This document shows, piece after piece, positions 34,900-44,040 of a DNA stretch of 44,040 bases. Each line of letters begins with the position of its first letter. The first letter of the stretch is position 1. The DNA is taken from positions 1-44,040 of the forward strand of contig RBNJ01000073.1 in the NCBI GenBank assembly GCA_003990765.1, given 5' to 3'. This stretch comes from Jimgerdemannia flammicorona (lineage: Eukaryota). The notes under the pieces are model-generated. The model worked only from the letters and a program-made list of their open reading frames with translations, did no database searches and was not told the DNA's origin. Both the position numbers and the translations under genes were made by a program.

Positions 34900-35276
34900 T
34901 CCTAAGAATCGCCATGAGCCGTGTAATATCCTCGTCATGGACGTCCGCGAGCCCCAGCTCGTCCTGCAACATCGCCATGTTTATGTTTAGCTCGACGATC
35001 TCCGCGTCACGCGCCTTGAAAACAAATTCAACATCGGCGAGCGATCGCGCCAGTTGGCGTTCTCGCTACTCCAGCATGACCTCTTCACTCGTTAAAAATC
35101 GTACTGTGCCGTCCTCAGCTTGAGCTTCAGAATGTCCGCCGAGACTCTGCCTCCTCCCGAGCCATGCTCGCCAAGTGCTGTTCTTCGGCCTGCCCCCGCC
35201 GCTGCCTGTCGTAATTAAACTCGGCCACGAGCAATTTCACGACGGACCGTTATGCGCATTGGTGTCCATCCACTGG
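34900..35276 (-). pseudogene. Gene relic: broken ankyrin repeat followed by a coiled-coil-like frame
   Basis: Minus strand SGWTPMR..NG..VVKLLVAEF (35,217-35,276, with small deletions), then EEVMLE*RERQLARSLADVEFVFKARDAEIVELNINMAMLQDEL. Confidence 0.4.
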
Positions 35277-35359
35277 ATTTCATATAGTTATGAGCGTAGT
35301 TCAAACTTCAGTAAAGTGGCCGAAGCCGCTTAGCTCGCGGAACGTTCATGCGCACTCCT

Positions 35360-38300
35360 TTAGCTTAGTTCTGTTTCAATCGCATTCCTGCGGTCCTGCG
35401 GTTTAGTTCCTGCGTTTTCTGCCGTTTTAGTTCCAGCATTTCTGCAGTTTTAGTTCCTGCATTCCTGCGTTTCAATCGTTCCCTGCAATCCAGCTTAGTT
35501 TAGCTCGGACTCAGTTAATGTACACCAGTCTCAGCATGCATTGCAGTTCATTGTCATTTTCTTTACCATCCATTCTTGTCGTTTTCCTTGCTGTCCTTTC
35601 TAGCACATAGTCATTCGATATTTAGCAATTAGTCAATAGTAATTGTTTGTTAGTAATTTCGTATCTTCAAGTTTGCATACACATATATACCAATACACAT
35701 TATGCCACCTCTCTGTCAGTTGCAAGGTCTACTATTGTCAGCCCCCACTCCAGCCCCCGCTCCAGCCCCTGCTTTCAGTCCACCTCAAGGGCATCTTCCA
35801 ATCTCTATCTTGTCTAGTTTCTGTGCATTACATAAGGAACAGTTAATTACTCTGTATTGCAACTATAAGATACCAATAGATGACAACAAAGCCAATTTGG
35901 TTATGTATCTCAATATGTATTGTTCAGCTCCAGAACTCATATCTCAGGCAGAACAGTCAGCTGATGATGACCTTATAGAATGCTTTCTTTCTGTCCTTGC
36001 TATATGTCTCACAGGAGCCCCTTCCTTGCTATCACACATTTTGGCAGACCCCAGTATAGTGATCACATCAGTAGTATGTATCAAGCACAAACTGGTCAAT
36101 AGTATTATTGAGCAGTTTGTCACATCCAGTTCTATCTCAATTACCTGCTTTTCTCCCATTGCTCTCTGGGTTTCCACCTATCTCTGCTTTACTCTAGTTT
36201 TACACAGACCTCTACTTTACTTCTATTACTTACTGATTTTGTATCAATCTCACATTATATACTAAATAGTGAGTTCTCTTCTATTGTTTCTGATGCTATA
36301 CTATAATATATTTGTATACCACCCAATTTACTTATTTCTCTAGATATTAGTAAATATCAGATTTTAGCTAAGTGGATAGAAAATGTCTCTATCTCATATT
36401 TATATTGCAAAAAATCAGATACTTATCTGCTAGATAATGATCTTTAATTTATTGCTATAGCTAGTAACTATTTTTAACATCTGTAGTACTCTACTATTAT
36501 TAAGTATCATCTGGTCTACTATTCATACTTCATATGCTCCTTAACTTCTCATTTATATATACATACTATCTTTATTATAAAGATAATTAATAATCAGTAT
36601 AATTGAGCAATACTATAGTACTTCAACTATTAGGTTTATATACAAAGGCATTCATTTCAGACGTCAACATCAGTATAGTGCATTACTATTATAGATCAAC
36701 CATTATCTATACTACTAGTATATCAATCTGTTTATCATACTAATCTTTCTAGACTATAGGTAGTTTGAGATCTACAACTTGTAACTTTCTGTATTTTATA
36801 TATTTTATAGAAGTATATAGCTATATCCTGCACTTAAACAGTACTCCACCATCTGTCATTCTCAATAAAGCCAGAGGATTCCCTTTTATCCAACAGTGCT
36901 ACTAGTATAGTTTATCAAAACTATAATAGTATTAGCTGTTACAGTGATTGCAGTTAGATACATATTTGCATATTCTGTTATAGTCTCTACTCTGATATAT
37001 TATGAACTACTTCATATAGCTAATCTTACAATACTACATTTATCTACTCACCTATTGATATATATTATATAATTTTAATAAGTAGTAATGTACTCTTAGA
37101 GAGACTTTTGAAGAAGTGGGTGAGCCTGTTGGAGAATGAGAATATAGAGGATCAGAGGGTTCAATATTCTCAGCTAGAGATAGAAGAGCTGTAATACATT
37201 TAGCAGGCTAAGGAGGGTGTGCAAGTATAAAGTATAGTGGTCAGGCTATAGTGGCAGAGCCTAGAGAAAAAGAAAAGACTGATGAGTTTCTGTTGAGACT
37301 TCTATTAATAAGGAGAGTATATCAGCACTGAGATAGTATATTAGATAAGGAGAGTGAGCTGGTGGTGAGAACTTAGAATATTTTGAGACAGCTGAGTAAG
37401 TAGTAGAGATTACTACAGAGTGAAGAAGAGAGAGGTAAAGAGATATAGACTATTGAGTGATACTTGGAAGACTAGTATCCAGACCCAACAAAGAGGCTTA
37501 AAGATATCCTCAATCTCTTTCTCAGCTATCACTCAGATTATTCAACAAATTCTTAGCTCATTTTTGTAGATTTCTGGAGAAAAGTAATAGTAATATATTA
37601 TTAACTCTGAGCTTATTAAAGTATACTAAGCAAGGTAGCACTAATATATATGACTGATAGTATATATGTAGGAAGAGGATTGTAATATAGATATAAGTCT
37701 CTTGGACTCCTATGAGGGTAGAGACAGAGTTAGGAGAAGTGAGAGATCTTAAGAGAGAGTAACAGTATTAGAAAGAATGAGCTTTACTGACAAGGTTCAG
37801 GCAGACAGTATGTCAGTAGAGCTGGATAGTTGACTGCTGACAGAGATAGAGAAGACATCTAGTGAGAGGTCTAGAGAGATGGCCCAGATTGATAGAGATG
37901 ATAGAACTAGTGAAGTAACAGCTAGTAGAGAGGGGGAAACTACTGATAAAAGTATAATTATCACTCTGAAAAAAGATACAGATATAATAACTAATAGAAG
38001 AACTAAGTCAATAGGTGGTACAAGGTTGGGTAATCTGGTAGATAGTGCAACAGACCTGGTAGCAGTACTATGTATTACTTAAGAAATCAGTATTAGAATT
38101 TATAGTCATATTGTACTTCAGGGGTTTGATAGTTATGGTTAAATTAGTTCTAAGGCTACTGGTCCAATAGATGAAAGAGACAGCTTTAGTGAAGTTTCTA
38201 TATAGACTGAAGAGAGTGGAAGTGGGCTTTGAGGAGAAGATATTATAGAATACTTAGAGAAAGACAGATAGAGAGAAGTATTATTTATTAATACTAGTTT

Positions 38301-38400
38301 ATATACTTTTACATATACTGATGATATTTACAGAATAATGTAGTCAGGCTATGCTATCTTATATCAAGTTGTTATAACTTAAATATTTCAATACTCCTAC
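35360..38400 (+). mobile_element. Highly decayed repeat region, left part possibly DIRS/Ngaro-like (boundaries approximate)
   Basis: Short subterminal tandem repeats (ttagttcctgc) at 35,360-35,510; ORF relic from 35,702; decayed Cys/His motif YQNYNSISCYSDCS*IHICIFCYSLY at 36,910-36,990 resembling the C-terminal zinc finger of DIRS-type ORF1; CpG-free. Confidence 0.4.
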
Positions 38401-38843
38401 TCAATTAGATATGTATATATACAGTATATTCTAAAACTGAACCAATGTTTTATTAAATTTTATATTTTATATTATAATATATTATAGTTTTATATTAGAG
38501 ACATTTAAAAATATTAAATTTATTGTTTTTAAATTTTTATTTTATCTTTAAAAAAAAATCTAAAAAAAAAAATAAATTGGTTCAGTTTTGGAACCAAATT
38601 ATTTATAAATATTATTTATTTAATAGATAGACAATAAATTGAGATATACATTATGGTGTTGGATTTGTATCCCTAGTTGCTTCTGGCACAGCTCAATGTA
38701 CCACTTGGTGGAGCATGTGGTATATGACTGAGTGCATTTGTGACAGTTGTGGGTCGATGGTCATAGATCGGTTTGTCTGATTCATACAATAATTGATAGC
38801 GGGAGTTCGATTGTTCATTGGCTCAGGATGTTGATGGCTCAAT

Positions 38844-40043
38844 TGTTTAGTGGAAAAGGGCAGCAAATAACTTGGCGGCGACGGTCTTGATGGTCTTGCT
38901 CTTTAGGCAGTCAATTAAAGCAGTCTGTAGCACAGTAGGTCGGGGAAAACAGAGGTTGATGGCTCGCTCATCCATCTTGGTTAACTTGAAAGGTTCCTGG
39001 CAGTCATTCGGGTCTTTGGCAGCAGTCTTGTATCCTTTGGCTGGGTAACTTGGGTTCCTTGGGTTCTTTAGCTGTGTTGCCGGGGTCTTGAATCTCGAAT
39101 GGCAGTCTCGAATGGTGGCGGTCGGGTAACATTTTCTTTCTTTCTGTAGCAAGAGAAATTCTTTAACTCAAACCTCGAGTGATCCATTGCTCTAGTTATT
39201 TTGTTCTCAGAATTCCGTTCTCTTGGAGGCAGTGTGTTTTCTCTATAAAACTGTCTGACTGAGGCTTTATTCACTCTAAGATATAGGGTTATTTATACAA
39301 ATTTGCTAGCTATGGGGGGGGCTAAGGTATACTATGTTGTGGCAAACTTCGCTATGCTATTGGCTTGCATGATGTGAAGGGCTGACTTGCTGACATAGAC
39401 AGATATGGATATGATGATTGTTGCCAGGAACAGTTGTGCTGGGTAGCAATGCTGGATTCAGACTTGCTGACAAAATGCTGAAAATGGTGGCACTGGATAG
39501 CAATGCTGGATTTGGACTTGCTGACAAAATGCTGAAAATGGTGGTACTGGATAGCAATGCTGGGAATGGTTGTACTGGGTAGCAATGCTGGATTCGGACT
39601 TGCTGACAAAACGCTGAAAACGGTGGCACTGGATAGCAACGCTGGAAACAGTTGTGCTGGGTAGCAATGCTGGATTCGGACTTGCTGACAAAACACTGAA
39701 AATGGTGGCACTGGATAGCAACGCTGGAAATGGTTGTGCTGGGTAGCAATGCTGGATTCGGACTTGCTGACAAAATGCTGAAAACGGTGGCACTGGATAG
39801 CAATGCTGGAAATGGTTGTGCTGGGTAGCAATAGCTGGATTCAGACTTGCTGACAAAATGCTGAAAATGGTGGCACTGGATAGCAATGCTGGAAACAGTT
39901 GTGCTGGGTAGCAATGCTGGATTTGGACTTGCTGACAAAATGCTGAAAACGGTGGCACTGGATAGCAATGCTGGAAATGGTTGTGCTGGGTAGCAATGCT
40001 GGATTCAGACTTGCTGACAAAACGCTGACATGAAGGCTACACA
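38844..40043 (-). repeat. Probable 3' LTR of element D (~1.2 kb)
   Basis: TGTTTAG...CTACACA imperfect terminal inverted repeat; shares the TATA block gggttatttatacaa.tttgctagctat...ggctaag (~39,286-39,326) with the family A LTR (~2844-2885); adjacent PPT is weak. Confidence 0.55.
39425..40030. repeat. 82-bp minisatellite (~7 copies) inside LTR D
   Basis: Unit starts at 39,569, 39,651, 39,733, 39,815, 39,898 and 39,980. Confidence 0.92.
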
Positions 40044-40215
40044 ATTCTCATGGCTGACAGGTGGTATTTCTAGAGGGAATAGTACCCTTCGTCTGTGGTG
40101 GGCAAATCTTGCTGGGTTACGATTTCTTCTTCATCATACCTCTCCTCAAAAGGGGGAAGCGCCGGCCAAGAGGTGAGGGGGTAGAAAAGTGGCCAGTCAT
40201 CTTCAACAATATTCT

Positions 40216-41160
40216 TCAACCCTTGAACAGCTTGAATGCAGACAGAGGACTGGTAGACTCTCTGTTGCTCCTCTTCTTCTTCTGAAGACTCGTCAGTTTC
40301 AGTGTCAGAGGGGGTTTCTTCAGGGGCAGGGTCTTGGAGTTCTTGGGCTTCCTCTTCAAAGACAGGGACCTCTTGGGCTTCCTCTTCAAAGACAGGGACC
40401 TCTTGGGCTTCTTCTTGATTCGGTTCCCAATGATGAGATGTAAATTGTGGCTAGCAGAGTGGTGGGTGGTTGGGGTAGCTCCAATGGGTACTTCTATGGT
40501 AATGGGTGGTCCCTCAAATATCTCCATAAGACTCATTAGGTGACCTTGATGGTTGTCTTGGAGTGGGGTGGTGTAGAAACCTGGCTGAGTAGGTTCGGTT
40601 TGTTGGCTTCCTACAGCGACCCAGTTGCTACCAATAGAGTTGGCTACTTCTGATTCTATCCAGTCTGCATCTTCAGTTGAGAGACAGGCAAGACTGCCGG
40701 CCATTACTCCTTGCAAGTGTGCTATGGCCCAGAAGATGTGGCGGAATATCTGATGAACATGGAGAGCTCTCTTGATCAGCTGGCTGGTGGTTATCAATTC
40801 GGTAATGAGGTCTTCCCGGTTGTCTTCTTGAGTCTCATTGTGAAGGCAGTGTCCGATTTCATAGTCATGCCAGAGGGTCATTCATTTGGTAGTGTCTTTG
40901 AGCTGTTGGGTCATTATATACCAGTAGTTGATGAAGTGTCCAAGGTCCTCGGTGTAGAAGTTCAAGTATTTGGAAATATCTGGGTGCCAGATGGCCTTCT
41001 TGATAGCTTCAAAGATCAGGGTCTTTGGGCCAGGCAAAGGGGTAGAGCAGCAGGAGGTCTGGTTGGATCGGCGAATGGGAGGCATTGTGTGGTAGGTACT
41101 TGGTTCTTTGGTGCCAATCCCTGAGGTGGAGTATGGTTCCTTAAATAACGTGGTTTTCAT
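40216..41160 (-). pseudogene. Extra ORF (~314 codons, one internal TGA) downstream of the integrase in element D; function unknown
   Basis: ORFs 40,882-41,160 and 40,216-40,881 are contiguous and in frame, separated by a single TGA; basic repeated C-terminus KPKRSLSLKR. Confidence 0.6.
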
Positions 41161-42567
41161 TTTGGCTCAGATCATCTTGTCTTCTTTTGGTGAAATCACT
41201 TGATGAATTGGGCTGGTCACCAGTTATCATGCCATAATGTCATCTGATCTTGTGGTTACAGAATACTCTGAATTTGGACAGAGTCGATTGTAGACATCAC
41301 ATCTGCTCTTGCAAAATTAGAGCCGTCCTTGGTGGTGAGGGTTATATAGAGTTGGGTGGTCTTAACTCTAGGGATGAGCGGAATGTTGGTGTATTTGTGA
41401 GGACTGGCCATCCTTGTCTAAGGCGAGGCCTCCCATAGTTGTGGCTGGGGGTTTGAACCCATCGGAAATAGTATTTCTTGTAATCCGAGGCAATTTCTTA
41501 GTAACAATGTCTGTCACATGAATGGGCTTGAGTCTGGTTCCAACGTTGTTAGCTTTCTTGAGTTCCAAGTGAAACGTCCGTCGTATCTCCAACAGAGACG
41601 ACACAGACAGAGTAAACAGGATTGTTCAAATGCATTTTGCTTCTCTTGAGTAGTAGAGTCTTATGCGGTTGCAGTATATCTTGGTCTTGAGTTGATAAGT
41701 GTGGTTCAGGAATACTTGGTGTATGAGATAGGGGCCTTCCCATTTTAGTTCAAGCTTGGCACTCCAATTTCCTTCTATGATGGTATGGTACACTAGAACC
41801 TTTTGTCCAATGAGCAGGGGTTCGAGGTCAGCTTTGCAGTCATAGTACCTCTTTTGTCGTTCTTGTGCCTTGGCAATAAATCCTCGTGCTTGCTGGCATA
41901 TGTCATGTAACCGGGTGATCTCTTCTGTGACTCATTTTGACAGATCTAGCTGGACCGGTTCAGTAGTATCATGTGCTTCTCGGCCATACACCAAATAGAA
42001 GGGGGTCTGTTGGGTAGCGGTTGCCTTAGAGGTACAGATGCTGAACAGAATTGCCAGTAGATAGATATCCCAGTTTAGTTGATCTCTGGTTCTACTGAGA
42101 CCTCGCTTGATGGTCTGGTTCATTCATTCAGTGAGTCCATTTGCCTGTGGGTGGTAGGCTGTTGTTAGTCGTAGCTTAATCTTGAAGTTGCTCGCAAAGG
42201 TCTTCATGGCTTGGTTGACGAATTCACAGCCTTGGTCTGTAATGATTTCCTTGGGCACACCATGGTGGTTGAAAATTTCATCATACAGGATCCCAATAAT
42301 TGTCTGGGCATCGGCAGTCTCAATGGCAAAGGCTTCAGACCATTTTGTCAGGTGGTCTTTGATAGTGAGGATATAGCATCTTCCTCAGCTGGTTACTGGT
42401 AGGGATTCAATAATGTCTATTCCCAGTCTTTGAAAGGCTCCAGCTAGTGCTGCAATCGGTATTAATGGTGCTCTTTTGGTAGGCTTTTGTCGGTATCTTT
42501 GGCAGGTATCACATTGTTGAATGTGCATTGAAATTGGTTTTCTTTGGTCATTAATAATGACAGATAC

Positions 42568-43756
42568 AGGGGGGGCAAGATGGGCAAAACGACACAGGCA
42601 AGATGGGCAAGATGGGCAACATGGGTAACATGGGCAACATGGGCAAGACGGGCAAGACGGGCAAGATGACAAGATGGGCGACATGGGCAAGATGGGCAAA
42701 ACCGGCAAAACGACACAGGCAAGACAGGCAAGACAGGCAAGATGGGCAAGACGGGCAAGATGGGCAAGACGGGCAAGATGGGCAAAATGGGCAAAATGGG
42801 CAAGATGGACAACACGGGCAAGATGGCAAGATGGGTGACATGGGCAAGATGGGCGACATGGGCAAGATGGGCAAAACGGGCAAAACGACATGGGCAAGAC
42901 CGGCAAAACGGGCAAGATGGGCAATACGAGCAAGATGGCAAGACAGGAGACATGGATAAGACAGGCAAAACGGGCAAAACGACAGGGCAAGACTGGCAAA
43001 GTGGGCAAGATGGGCAACATGGGCAAGACAAGATGGGTGACATGGGCAAGACGGGCAAAATGGGCAAAACGACAGGCAAGATGGGCAAGACAGGCAAGAT
43101 GGGTGAGACGGGCAAGACGGGCAAGACGGGCAAGATGGGTAACACGGGCAAGATGGGCAAGACAGGCAAGACGGCAAGACGGGTGACATGGGCAAGATGG
43201 GCAAAACGGGCAAAATGACACGGGCAAGATGGGCAAAACGGGCAAAATGGGCAAGACGGGCAAAATGGGCAAGACGGGCAAAACGGGCAAAACGAGCAAG
43301 ACGGGCATAATGGGCAAGACAGGCATAATGGGCAAAACGGGCAAGATGGGCAACACGGGCAAGATGGCAAGATGGGCAACATGGGTAAGATGGGCAAAAC
43401 GGGCAAAACGACATGGGCAAGACCGGCAAAACAGGCAAGATGGGCAATGTGGGCAAGACAAGATGGGCGACATGGGCAAGACGGGCAAAATGGGCAAAAT
43501 GACAGGCAAGATGGGCAAGACAGGCAAGACAGGTAAGGCGGGTAACACGGGCATGACAGGCAAGATGGGCAAGACGGCAAGTCAGGCGACATGGGCAAGA
43601 TGGGCAAAATGGGCAAAATGACACGGGCAAGACACGGGTAACACGGCAAGACAGGCAAGACGGCAAGACGGGCGACATGGGCAAGACGGGCAAAATGGGA
43701 AAAATGACATGGGCAACCGGGCAACTGGGCAAGACGGGCAAGATGGGCAAGATGGG
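42568..43756. repeat. ~1.2-kb degenerate 9-bp satellite, GGGCAA(G/A)A(T/C), with higher-order structure
   Basis: Directly visible; lies where integrase D is truncated. Confidence 0.95.
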
Positions 43757-44040
43757 GAGGCACTAATAGGGGTAGGCCAGATGCACTAGATGCCAAGTAC
43801 TTGAGATGGTTGGGGCTCACAACCCATACCCACTCTTGGGTGGGGCAGGCTGGGTAGGAGGATCTAGTTACTCGGGCAGTGAGATCACAACTCATATCCT
43901 AAAGGTGCTTAGATTGTTATTGGTTTGGAAATTATAGTGTGAGAGTAGGGTGGGGTGAGATGCAGAATGTGGCTGCTGGTATGGCATGAGGATTTTAGAT
44001 AGTTAATAAATGGGGCTCCGGCCTATAGAGGAAAAAAAAA

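Larger units (their letters stand above)
38844..42540 (-). mobile_element. 3' half of Ty3/Gypsy element D: integrase, extra ORF region, 3' LTR
   Basis: HIQQCDTCQ, FQRLGIDI, HGVPKEIITDQG.EF, AYHPQANGLTE.MNQT, TPFYLVYGRE and KWEGPY (GPY/F) integrase motifs at ~41,690-42,530. Confidence 0.85.

Noticed and set aside
39352-40044. Minus-strand ORFs of 159-203 aa
   Set aside because: Translations of the 82-bp minisatellite cycling through all three frames.
42385-43895. Long ORFs (395-477 aa; Cys/Pro-rich, collagen-like GKMGKT)
   Set aside because: A stop-free 9-bp repeat is open in most frames on both strands, so these are artefacts.

Overview
Eukaryotic DNA, most likely fungal: short GT-AG introns, a chromovirus, and transition-hypermutated repeats. 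Both flanks (1-~19,480 and ~35,350-44,040) are nested, decayed retrotransposons. These include two copies of a dUTPase-carrying Ty3/Gypsy family (A), a full-length ~10-kb dUTPase-carrying chromovirus (B) with an AATAG target-site duplication and long LTRs (2.1 and 1.35 kb) containing a decayed ORF, a gag relic (C), a DIRS-like relic, a Gypsy 3' half (D) with an extra ORF, and a 9-bp satellite. The central CpG-rich island holds one large multi-exon gene (~24,006-32,579, +, about 2,130 aa; 5' end uncertain). It encodes an NLR-like protein: CHAT caspase-like protease with its His/Cys dyad intact, NB-ARC/STAND 1, a possible degenerate GTPase-like spacer, NB-ARC/STAND 2, 3 Sel1 repeats, 5 ankyrin repeats and 20 RI-type LRRs. 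Each LRR is its own exon (19 of exactly 84 nt plus a terminal one), all introns are phase 1 and mutually homologous, and the codon split by each intron falls on a hypervariable LRR position. The LRR cassette appears grafted into an ankyrin array: the fusion point is visible at ~28,980, and a frameshifted ANK-ZZ tail lies downstream (33,329-33,999). All calls were made by eye from motifs; no searches were run.
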